Source: a virus (taxonomy: Duplodnaviria; Caudoviricetes). Taken from it: a stretch of 36,285 bases of DNA. This document shows positions 1 to 7,248 of the stretch, piece by piece. Position numbers and translations under genes: made by a program. The DNA lies in the IMG/VR virus record IMGVR_UViG_3300017565_000031, positions 1 to 36,285 of that record. The stretch is one strand, 5' to 3'. Numbering within the stretch: position 1 is the stretch's first letter; the number at the start of each line of letters is the position of its first letter. Under the pieces are notes generated by a model, which was not told the DNA's origin, searched no databases, and saw nothing but the letters and a program-made list of their open reading frames with translations.

Positions 1-47
1 CCTATAGTCTCCCGCGGGAGACGAACCGAGCCCGTGTCCGGACGCGC

Positions 48-53
48 TAGACT
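48..53 (+). promoter_or_regulatory. Candidate -10 element (TAGACT) of the host tRNA-Thr promoter
   Basis: TAnnnT hexamer about 30 nt upstream of the tRNA 5' end. A second candidate TATAGT lies at 3-8. Confidence 0.4.
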
Positions 54-82
54 CTTTCGCGGTCCGGACTCGTTTCCGGCCC

Positions 83-123
83 GCCGCCTTAGCTCAGTCG
101 GCAGAGCATCTCACTCGTAATGA
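83..123 (+). pseudogene. 5' half of host tRNA-Thr(CGU), disrupted at attL
   Basis: GCCGCCT acceptor strand, TAGCTCAGTCGGCAGAGC D arm, TCTCA stem strand and CTCGTAA loop (anticodon CGT at 116-118). The following phage sequence supplies no T arm or 3' acceptor strand. Confidence 0.93.
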
Positions 124-413
124 TGAGGACCAGACTCGGGGGCAGGCTCGGCACTAGGCGGTCCCCATAGGAGCCAGTTCTGATCGACGCCGGTCGCGGC
201 GCTGACCTTGGTGACGACTTCGGTGATCTTCCTGGGGGAGACGCCGTTCTCATAGCGAGCCCAATCGTTCTGACCTAGGCCGCATTTGACCGATGCCTCG
301 GTTTGGTTCCAGCTCTTCGTCTGGCGGACCATCGCCAAGCGCGTACCGAACTCCGACGCGGTCGGGATCCACGCGCGTTCGGTCGCCTCGGGTACTGCAC
401 TCTGTGTTGTCAT
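111..413 (-). CDS. Immunity repressor, XRE/Cro-C1 HTH, prophage form (100 aa)
   Basis: FGTRLAMVRQTKSWNQTEAS...WARYENG...GVDQNWLLWG is an XRE-family pattern. The gene is divergent from a cro-like gene, and its frame crosses attL to stop at a TGA in host tRNA sequence (111-113). Start placed at the ATG at 413. Confidence 0.9.
   Translation of the reverse strand: MTTQSAVPEATERAWIPTASEFGTRLAMVRQTKSWNQTEASVKCGLGQNDWARYENGVSPRKITEVVTKVSAATGVDQNWLLWGPPSAEPAPESGPHHYE
117..123. repeat. attL common core GTAATGA
   Basis: Identical to 36006-36012. Joining 83-123 to 36013-36044 gives a complete cloverleaf. Confidence 0.92.
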
Positions 414-542
414 GCAACAGATAGTGGCATAAGTCGCGCATAGCGCGCAATACGCGCGCGGGTATTTCCCAGGAACGGGTGCGCGACACGCCGCAAAAGA
501 TGTGTATTGCATCTAATGCGTGGGTATGCAACACTCAGACGC
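414..542. promoter_or_regulatory. Divergent rep/cro promoter-operator region
   Basis: Minus strand: TTGCGC(450-445)-18 nt-CACTAT(426-421)-7 nt-ATG. Plus strand: TTGCAT(507-512)-17 nt-AACACT(530-535)-7 nt-ATG. Neither gene has a Shine-Dalgarno sequence. Confidence 0.6.
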
Positions 543-731
543 ATGACATCCGAAGTGTCGCATCTCACCACTAAGGAAGTGGCTAAGAGGTTCCGGGTCG
601 ATCCCTCGACCGTCCGCCGTTGGGCCGATTCCGGCTCCGTCCCGGCAACGAAGACACCGGGCGGTCGGTACCGGTTCGACGCCGCCGACATCGACGCCCT
701 CCTGACCTCCCCCGCGGAGAAGGCATCGTGA
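543..731 (+). CDS. Cro/Xis-like MerR-type HTH protein (HTH_17, BldC-like), 62 aa
   Basis: LTTKEVAKRFRVDPSTVRRWADSG...TPGGRYRF; first gene of the early operon. Confidence 0.88.
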   Translation: MTSEVSHLTTKEVAKRFRVDPSTVRRWADSGSVPATKTPGGRYRFDAADIDALLTSPAEKAS

Positions 732-1135
732 GCGAGCTCTGGCCCGTGTCCCACGAAGCCGCTGTCGCCGAGATCGAGTGGATGACGAAGCGACTCACCG
801 CGATTGCAGAAAGCGTTCGATTCGCGCTATCCGTTCCGAGTTCTTATCGATCTGCTCCGCCAGCAGATTCAACGTGGATTGCAGGGACACGAGCACGTCC
901 CGCATCCACGGGTCGATCTGCGGGTGACCAGGGCTATACGTGCGACCGCTGTGCCACGTGTGGAACGCCGCGACGTTCTCCTTCGCAGAACTCGCCATTC
1001 GCTTCTCCTTCTGTCGGTGGCCCGGAAGTTGCACCTTCCGATCTGGCCGATGCAGCCACAGTAGGAGTCGCCCCGGACACGGTGCCGCCTTCGGGCGCTG
1101 TGTCCGGGGACCCCAATGATGGGGGTGCGCGATGA
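728..1135 (+). CDS. Hypothetical protein (135 aa), overlaps an antisense ORF
   Basis: GTGA overlap with the cro stop and ATGA overlap with the next gene. Ser/Pro-rich low-complexity sequence, so coding status is uncertain. Confidence 0.4.
   Translation: MSELWPVSHEAAVAEIEWMTKRLTAIAESVRFALSVPSSYRSAPPADSTWIAGTRARPASTGRSAGDQGYTCDRCATCGTPRRSPSQNSPFASPSVGGPEVAPSDLADAATVGVAPDTVPPSGAVSGDPNDGGAR
795..998 (-). CDS. Small leftward protein (67 aa) with a C-terminal coiled coil
   Basis: Strong SD (AAGGAG) ahead of the ATG; MASSAKENVAAF...LQSTLNLLAEQIDKNSERIARIERFL has a heptad pattern. Confidence 0.6.
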   Translation of the reverse strand: MASSAKENVAAFHTWHSGRTYSPGHPQIDPWMRDVLVSLQSTLNLLAEQIDKNSERIARIERFLQSR

Positions 1136-1308
1136 AGCTCCTCCGCGACATCCTCATCGTCGCCGCTGTGTTCGTCGTCGTGTTCACCGCGATCTGTTTC
1201 GTTCCGGTCGCGTTGGCGTTGGTCTTGTGGGCGGGTGTTCTCGCTTTGTTCGTGGTCGTGCCGGTGGGTGCGATCATTCGGCGTCGGTCACTCAGGAGCG
1301 GACGATGA
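1132..1308 (+). CDS. Small membrane protein (58 aa)
   Basis: Translated by hand: MKLLRDILIVAAVFVVVFTAICFVPVALALVLWAGVLALFVVVPVGAIIRRRSLRSGR; ATGA overlaps at both ends. Confidence 0.75.
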   Translation: MKLLRDILIVAAVFVVVFTAICFVPVALALVLWAGVLALFVVVPVGAIIRRRSLRSGR

Positions 1309-1589
1309 CCGCGACCGTGATCCCGTTCATTCCCCGCCCTGTGATGGAGAGCGGTCGGGAGGGTTGTGGGCCGCGTGTCCTGCCGGATGGTTGGGCGCGT
1401 GTGTCGACCGTCGTGCGATACGGGGATGACAAGGACGCCGTGTATTGGCATGGTCCCGTCGTCGCTCGCACCCCGGACGCGATCACGTTGACGATCTACG
1501 GCGAGGACGTCACGTTCCCGTTGGAGCAGCGTGCCCTGGTGAACGGGTGCGACATGCCGGTGCGACCGGGCTGGGTGGTGTCCGAATGA
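1305..1589 (+). CDS. Hypothetical protein (94 aa)
   Basis: SD AGGAG and ATGA coupling; starts MTATVIPFIP. Confidence 0.7.
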   Translation: MTATVIPFIPRPVMESGREGCGPRVLPDGWARVSTVVRYGDDKDAVYWHGPVVARTPDAITLTIYGEDVTFPLEQRALVNGCDMPVRPGWVVSE

Positions 1590-1831
1590 GCGACACGCTC
1601 GCCGCGCTCCTGCATGTGGGGCAGACGGTGCAAACGCCCTTGTGGGATGCGGAGCTTCAGCGGCCGGCCCGCGCGGTGGTGACGTCGATCACGGCCATTG
1701 GTGAGCGTTTGCGCGTGTCCTATCGGTATCCGTCCGGGTACACGTCGGGGCAGTGGCTCAGTCCGCATGACCGTATCCCGGTCCCTGAATCGTCCGACCT
1801 GACCCCTCCTCGGCAGGTCGGCACCGGGTAG
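1586..1831 (+). CDS. Hypothetical protein (81 aa)
   Basis: ATGA coupling with the previous gene; starts MSDTLAALLH. Confidence 0.65.
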   Translation: MSDTLAALLHVGQTVQTPLWDAELQRPARAVVTSITAIGERLRVSYRYPSGYTSGQWLSPHDRIPVPESSDLTPPRQVGTG

Positions 1832-1964
1832 CGAAAGCAGGGCCGGAGAGCCCAGCTACCCGCGCGGGGGTCGGACCCGAATCGACCCCCGCACCCAAAC
1901 CACAGACAGAGAAAGCCCCCGGCGCGAACCGGGGGCACGACAACCGAAGGAATGGAGCCCTCGA

Positions 1965-2444
1965 ATGTCATCACAATCGTACGCCCCATACGACCTCAGA
2001 GCTGAGCAAGTGCAGGACGTTCCCCTTTTCGAGTCGATCGAAGCCGCATGGCCGACGATCACCGGTCTGTCACCTGCTGAGCATGAATACGACCGGCTCG
2101 TGTCGGGAGTGCCTGACTTGGCGCGACCAACCGATCCCGCTGAGTCGCACGCCGCGGCCCTCGCGATTCTCCCCAAGCGGAAGCGGTCACAGATCGCGGT
2201 CCTCAGGCTCATCGCAGAACTTGGATGGATCGACGGGCAGGAGTTGAACCGCGAGTACCGGGAACGGTACGCGAACACTGACATGCACCTTTCGTATGAC
2301 TCGCCACGTAAGCGCGCGGGTGAGCTCATCGAACCCGGTCTCGTGCAGGTCCGCTCAGGGCATATCGCAGCGAACGGGAATCCCGCACGCGAGTTCAAGA
2401 TCACCGACCTGGGATGGGCACGACTGCGGGAGGTGACCGCGTGA
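1965..2444 (+). CDS. Winged-helix DNA-binding protein
   Basis: TDPAESHAAA...SPRKRAGELIEPGLV...FKITDLG resembles a wHTH; SD GGAG. Confidence 0.65.
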   Translation: MSSQSYAPYDLRAEQVQDVPLFESIEAAWPTITGLSPAEHEYDRLVSGVPDLARPTDPAESHAAALAILPKRKRSQIAVLRLIAELGWIDGQELNREYRERYANTDMHLSYDSPRKRAGELIEPGLVQVRSGHIAANGNPAREFKITDLGWARLREVTA

Positions 2445-2944
2445 TCAACATCAAGGACATCAAGCCAGGCGACACGATCGAGTTGACGTTCGAGAGCGTG
2501 AAGCTCATTCGTACGGCGACGTTGAACGGCCCGACGATCAATGCGCGGCTAGCGGTGGAGACGATGCCGCGCGGCACATTCGTAAGCATCGCGCGCCTTA
2601 TCGCCGACGGCTGGTCGATCACCGACCACAAGCCGAAGGTCGAACTGCCGACCGAGCCGGGCTGGTATCAGGCGGCATCGTTTCCCATCAGCGATCCGGG
2701 CTGGTATCCGTACGTCCTTGACGTAGACGGCGTCTGGCGCAGCTATGGCGACACCGGCTTCAAGGCGATGGACGACCCGGATGAACTGGCGACGGATGGC
2801 CCCCTCACCCGCCTCGTCCCCGAGGGCTCCGAGCGTGAGCAGGCAATCCAGGAAGTCATCGACTGGATCGGCTCGAGGCGAGCGGTAGCCGCCGAGATCA
2901 CCCTGCTACGAGAGGCCCGTGAGCACTTCGGGGTCCAGTCGTGA
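2441..2944 (+). CDS. Hypothetical phage protein (167 aa)
   Basis: SD GGAGG and GTGA coupling; contains LPTEPGWY. Confidence 0.75.
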   Translation: MINIKDIKPGDTIELTFESVKLIRTATLNGPTINARLAVETMPRGTFVSIARLIADGWSITDHKPKVELPTEPGWYQAASFPISDPGWYPYVLDVDGVWRSYGDTGFKAMDDPDELATDGPLTRLVPEGSEREQAIQEVIDWIGSRRAVAAEITLLREAREHFGVQS

Positions 2945-3114
2945 TCCCGTTCCCGTCTCCTCTGTACCGGCGCCCGTCGTGGCGTGAGCGGTTCGGTTTC
3001 GCACTCGTGAACTACGTGCCGTGGTCGCCGACGCTCATCGCAGTGAGCATTCTCGCGGTCCTGATTGTGCCGCTCGCGGTGGTCGGCATGGTCGTGCTGG
3101 CGGTGACACGGTGA
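2941..3114 (+). CDS. Small membrane protein (57 aa)
   Basis: Translated by hand: MIPFPSPLYRRPSWRERFGFALVNYVPWSPTLIAVSILAVLIVPLAVVGMVVLAVTR; GTGA overlaps at both ends. Confidence 0.7.
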   Translation: MIPFPSPLYRRPSWRERFGFALVNYVPWSPTLIAVSILAVLIVPLAVVGMVVLAVTR

Positions 3115-3206
3115 ACCGCACCTGGTATCTGCTGAGCGTCATCGGCGGCAGCATCGTCGCGCTCATCGTCCTCATGGCGCTCGTGAACCTCGGGGTTCGC
3201 GCATGA
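3111..3206 (+). CDS. Single-TM micro-protein (31 aa)
   Basis: MNRTWYLLSVIGGSIVALIVLMALVNLGVRA; coupled to both neighbours. Confidence 0.65.
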   Translation: MNRTWYLLSVIGGSIVALIVLMALVNLGVRA

Positions 3207-4060
3207 GTGCGCTCACCGGCATTGTCCACGGCCTGCCCGAAGCCGACTACCACGCGCGGCCCGAACTGTCATCGACCGAAGCACGCCTGATCCTCGAGTC
3301 CCCGGCGAAGTACCGCTGGAAGAAAGACCACCCGCCGCTGGTCGCCCCGTCGAAGAAGTTCGACATCGGGTCCGCCGTTCACTCCAAGGTGCTCGGCACC
3401 GGGTACGACGTCGCGGTCATCCCTGACGAGATCCTCGCGTCCAACGGGGCGATCTCCACGAAGGAAGCGAAAGCGTTCGTGGATGAGGCACGCGCGGACG
3501 GGAAGATTCCGCTCAAGCGGGTCGACTTCGAACCGATCGACGCCGCCGCCGAATCCGTCCTCGCCCACCCGACCGCCCGAGCATTGTTCGATCAGCCCGG
3601 CGACGCCGAGGTGAGCGTGTTCGCGGAGATCGACGGCGTTCCCGTCCGAGCCCGGTTCGACTTCCTCCCCGAGCAGAGTGAGCGACGCCGGGTCGCGGTC
3701 GACTTGAAAACGGCTCGGGATGCGAGCTTCCGAGAGTTCGAACGGTCCATCGCATCACTCCGATACGACGTCCAGCGGTCCTGGTATCTCGCGGCACTCG
3801 ACGCCGTGACTGGACCGATGCCGCACGGCTTGGAACCGGAGTTCGTGTACGTCGCGGTCGAGAAGGAACCGCCCTACCTCGTCGGTGTTCACGCGATCAC
3901 CCCGCAATGGGCGGCGATCGGCGACGCGGCATCGGCGAAGGCTCGGCGGCTCTACGCGAGCTGCATGGAAGCGGGCGTGTGGCCCGGCTACCCCGAAGAA
4001 ATCCAGTACCACGCGCCCCCGACGTGGCTCGTGATCCAAGCAGAGGAAGACGATGAGTGA
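3203..4060 (+). CDS. recE: RecE/ExoVIII-like PD-(D/E)XK exonuclease
   Basis: YHARPELSST, GSAVH, RARFD...VDLKT, YDVQ..WY and VAVEKEPPY motifs; adjacent to recT. Confidence 0.9.
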   Translation: MSALTGIVHGLPEADYHARPELSSTEARLILESPAKYRWKKDHPPLVAPSKKFDIGSAVHSKVLGTGYDVAVIPDEILASNGAISTKEAKAFVDEARADGKIPLKRVDFEPIDAAAESVLAHPTARALFDQPGDAEVSVFAEIDGVPVRARFDFLPEQSERRRVAVDLKTARDASFREFERSIASLRYDVQRSWYLAALDAVTGPMPHGLEPEFVYVAVEKEPPYLVGVHAITPQWAAIGDAASAKARRLYASCMEAGVWPGYPEEIQYHAPPTWLVIQAEEDDE

Positions 4061-4865
4061 GGTTCAGGTTCGGCAGACGCCGGACATCATCCAGCAGGTC
4101 AACGCGTCGCAGTCGGGACTCGCCGCCGCCCTCGCGGACCGGATCGGTGTGGAGCGGTTCACGCGTGCCGCCGTCACGGTGCTCAGGACGACGCCCGCAC
4201 TGTCGCGATGCACACCGGAGTCGGTACTTGGCGGGTTGTTCGTCGCCGCACAACTCGGCCTCGAGATCGGTGGTCCCCGTGCCTACGCACACTTGGTCCC
4301 GTACGGCAGAGACGCGCAACTGATCGTCGGCTACAAGGGCTACGTCGAGTTGTTCTACCGGGCCGGCGCGCGTGCGGTCACAGCCGACATTGTTCGCGAG
4401 GGCGACGTGATTGAGCAGGCCACCGACGAGACGGGTCGGACCGTCATCCACTGGAAGAACGCGAATCCGCTGGACACCGACCGCGCTCCGGTAGGCGCAC
4501 TCGCGGTGGTTGTGCTGGCGTCTGGCGAGGTGTTGCAGAACTTCATGACGAAGGCGCAGATCCTCAAGCGCAAGCCGCGCACTTCAAAGGCCGGACCGTG
4601 GTCCGACTGGGAAGAGGAGATGTGGTTGAAGACGGTGCTGCGGGACACAGCCCGGACCGCACGCCTCTCGTCGGATGATCTCGCTCTCGCGGTGCAGGCC
4701 GATCAGTCGATCACGACGGGGACCGGTGAGACGGCGAAGCGTCGTCATGTGGAGGTTGGTGAGGCCGAGTTCGAGCCGGTGACGGTCGCGGAACTGACGG
4801 CCCTGGTCGACGCTGAGCTCGATCCCGCGCACCCGGACTACGTGGCATCGGCAGACGAACGATGA
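4053..4865 (+). CDS. recT: RecT ssDNA-annealing protein
   Basis: CTPESVLG..AQLGLE, HLVPY, AQLIVGYKGYVEL and GPW.D.EEMWLKTVLR motifs. Confidence 0.93.
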   Translation: MSEVQVRQTPDIIQQVNASQSGLAAALADRIGVERFTRAAVTVLRTTPALSRCTPESVLGGLFVAAQLGLEIGGPRAYAHLVPYGRDAQLIVGYKGYVELFYRAGARAVTADIVREGDVIEQATDETGRTVIHWKNANPLDTDRAPVGALAVVVLASGEVLQNFMTKAQILKRKPRTSKAGPWSDWEEEMWLKTVLRDTARTARLSSDDLALAVQADQSITTGTGETAKRRHVEVGEAEFEPVTVAELTALVDAELDPAHPDYVASADER

Positions 4866-5098
4866 GCCGCGACTTTCCTCTCACGTCCGCTGACCTCCGG
4901 TACATCGCTGACCGCGTGGACGAGGTTTGCGCGGTGGTCGACCCGCCTGACGGTGAACTGAAGGACGGCGATTGGCGCTGGGGTCTACAGGTGACGATCT
5001 GGAACCAGGACGCCGCCGACGAAGACGACGTGGCTGGTGTGGTCGCTCCTCACGGCGACGGGTGGATCGGTTTCTATCCGAAGGGAATCGACCGTTGA
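4862..5098 (+). CDS. Hypothetical protein (78 aa)
   Basis: ATGA coupling to recT. Confidence 0.65.
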   Translation: MSRDFPLTSADLRYIADRVDEVCAVVDPPDGELKDGDWRWGLQVTIWNQDAADEDDVAGVVAPHGDGWIGFYPKGIDR

Positions 5099-5409
5099 CC
5101 CCCGCCGAGCGCCTACAGGCGGCAATCGACAAGCTCGAGCGGCTCAAGGCAGAGAGCGGCTACGTCGAGTTCAACGGGTGGCTTGCAGAGCCAAACCCCG
5201 GAGACACGGTGCGATCGCACCTTGAGCCGCGCGATGACTTGAGCCCGATCACGAACGATCCGCTTCTCGTCACCTTGCATCGCACGATCGACGGGCAGAT
5301 CGGCCTCCTCCAGTACACCCTCGGGATGCTCATCCACGATGACGTGCGCGCAGGGCAACTCGATCAGGTCCTCGCCCTCGCTGACGCGATCCTCGGGGGT
5401 GCCGAATGA
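5095..5409 (+). CDS. Hypothetical protein (104 aa)
   Basis: TTGA coupling; MTPAERLQAAIDKL...ALADAILG. Confidence 0.7.
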   Translation: MTPAERLQAAIDKLERLKAESGYVEFNGWLAEPNPGDTVRSHLEPRDDLSPITNDPLLVTLHRTIDGQIGLLQYTLGMLIHDDVRAGQLDQVLALADAILGGAE

Positions 5410-6131
5410 GCGCCCGGCCGAAACTCCTCGACCTGTTCTGCTGTCAGGGCGGTGCGTCCGAAGGTTACCGGCGTGCAGGGTTCGACGTGTACGGCAACGA
5501 CATTGACCCGCAACCGCGCTACCCGTTCATGTTCACGAAGGGAGACGCGCTACTGACGCTGCGCCGACTACTCGCGGGCGATCCGGTGCCGTTCGGTGAT
5601 GGGACCGGCCGCCTCGACTGGATGCACCTGTGGGACTTCGATGCGATTCACGCGAGCCCGCCGTGTCAGACGTTCACGGCGTACCGTCGCCGTGGCGCTG
5701 GGGTCGGGGATTCCTACCTGAATCTGATCCCCGAGACCCGCGAGTTGCTCGAACGAACCGGCCTGCCCTGGGTGATCGAGAACGTCGAAGGTGCGCGCGG
5801 TGAGCTCCGCGAATCAGTCCGCGTTTGCGGGTCGTCGTTCGGGCTCGACGTTCGCAGGCATCGGCTCTTTGAGTCGAGCGAGGCAATGTCTGGAACCGTC
5901 TGCGATCACGCATGGCAGACGCCCCGTTTCCCCCCAGCTACGAATCGCACGAACTTGCGCCGCACTGTCGAGGTAGGCGTCTGGCGTATTCCGCTGAACG
6001 TGCAGCAGGACGCGATGGGTGGGCTGGAGTGGATGACTCTCCGTGGGCTGTCCGAAGCGATCCCGCCGGCCTACACCGAGTTCATTGGCACCCAGCTCCT
6101 CGCTTCCCTCTCTGGGGAGGTGACCGCATGA
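5406..6131 (+). CDS. DNA (cytosine-5) methyltransferase, short phage type
   Basis: Motif I LLDLFCCQGG, motif IV SPPCQ, motif VI IENV, motif VIII RRHRLF, and C-terminal EAIPPAY. Confidence 0.88.
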   Translation: MSARPKLLDLFCCQGGASEGYRRAGFDVYGNDIDPQPRYPFMFTKGDALLTLRRLLAGDPVPFGDGTGRLDWMHLWDFDAIHASPPCQTFTAYRRRGAGVGDSYLNLIPETRELLERTGLPWVIENVEGARGELRESVRVCGSSFGLDVRRHRLFESSEAMSGTVCDHAWQTPRFPPATNRTNLRRTVEVGVWRIPLNVQQDAMGGLEWMTLRGLSEAIPPAYTEFIGTQLLASLSGEVTA

Positions 6132-6844
6132 CCTGCAAGAAGAAGAAGCCGTCCGAGTTTACGGAAGCAGTTGGCACATGCCGGCACTGTGGCTCGGAGC
6201 TTCTGCAGAAGCGCGGAGAGAGCCGGGGACACTTCAGCACTCGGAAGTTCTGTGACCTCGATTGCTACCAAGCGAATGTTGATGTGCCGTGCTCATACCC
6301 AGGATGTGGTGGACGAAAGCTGGCGCGGGGATTGTGCTCAAAGCACTACGCCCGCGTTCGAGCAAACGGCTCCCCAGAAGTCGTCCGTCGCATAGTCGGA
6401 GCTTCGCTCGCCGAGCGTCTAGCCGCGTATTCCCGGCCCGATGGGGACTGTCTTGTTTGGTTTGGGGGTACTCACCGGAGTGGTCACGGGAAGATTCAAG
6501 TCTCGGGCAGGTCTATTGGTACGCACCGCATCGCATTCATCGAAGCGTATGGGCCGATTCCTGAAGGCTTGGTTGTTCGTCACAAGTGCGACAACCCACC
6601 GTGCATTCGCCCGGAGCATCTTGAGTTGGGGACCTCTGCGGACAATACGAACGACCGGACGATCCGAGGTCGAACGTCTACCGCGAGACGCAAACTCGAC
6701 GCCACGCAAGTGGTTGAAGTTCGGAGGCGAATCTTGGCGGGCGACTTCAAGCGAGACATTGCTATGGATTTCGGCGTCGTTCCGACTGTGATCTCCAATA
6801 TCGCACTTGGCCGTGCCTACGTCGGGGTGGGGGTGACGGTGTGA
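6128..6844 (+). CDS. HNH endonuclease with N-terminal Cys clusters and a C-terminal HTH
   Basis: THRIAF...VVRHKCDNPPCIRPEHLELGTSADN; several CxxC motifs; KRDIAMDFGV HTH. Confidence 0.88.
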   Translation: MTCKKKKPSEFTEAVGTCRHCGSELLQKRGESRGHFSTRKFCDLDCYQANVDVPCSYPGCGGRKLARGLCSKHYARVRANGSPEVVRRIVGASLAERLAAYSRPDGDCLVWFGGTHRSGHGKIQVSGRSIGTHRIAFIEAYGPIPEGLVVRHKCDNPPCIRPEHLELGTSADNTNDRTIRGRTSTARRKLDATQVVEVRRRILAGDFKRDIAMDFGVVPTVISNIALGRAYVGVGVTV

Positions 6845-7248
6845 TCCCGAAATCGCTCGTGAAGCGAGTCCTGGCCCGTGACCACGGCATGTGCGTGATC
6901 GCCGGCCCGCCCTGCACTCGTGACGCCACAGTCGCTGACCATCGCGTCAATCGTGGGCATGGCGGATCGAAGGTACTGAACGATCTCGCGAACCTGATCG
7001 CCGCGTGCGGGCTGTGCAACGGATGGAAAGAGGACGTGGACGGCGAAGCTCTCATCGAGCTGCGCCGTCGCGGCGTCCGAGTGCAACCCGACTCGACTCA
7101 TGCGAAGTCGCTCCTGCGCGCACAGATCACCCCGGTCGAGTATCCGAACGGCATGGTCGTCATCCTCACGTCGTCAGGCGATCGGCTCGCACAGGTGCTC
7201 ATGAAGTCCGCGGGTGTGTCGATCCACGCGGACAGGAAGGTCAGCTGA
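6841..7248 (+). CDS. Small HNH endonuclease-like protein
   Basis: VLARD..MC...C...DHRVNRGHGG...NLIAACGLCN. Confidence 0.8.
   Translation: MIPKSLVKRVLARDHGMCVIAGPPCTRDATVADHRVNRGHGGSKVLNDLANLIAACGLCNGWKEDVDGEALIELRRRGVRVQPDSTHAKSLLRAQITPVEYPNGMVVILTSSGDRLAQVLMKSAGVSIHADRKVS

Noticed and set aside
414-512. N-terminal 33-aa extension of the repressor given in the ORF track (start 512)
   Set aside because: It runs through the divergent promoter region and is not protein-like. The ATG at 413 sits 7 nt behind a -10 element.
1825-1900. Possible tRNA-like gene in the hairpin cluster
   Set aside because: No D-loop or T-loop consensus and no cloverleaf; kept only as a generic structured-RNA candidate.
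2428-2444. GGGAGGTGACCGC shared with the junction near 6116-6131
   Set aside because: Largely explained by Shine-Dalgarno plus stop/start constraints; too short to call a repeat family.
5406-7248. Methyltransferase plus HNH genes as a restriction-modification system
   Set aside because: The HNH proteins look like homing-type or recombination-associated phage nucleases inside a lytic early operon; nothing links them to the methyltransferase specificity.
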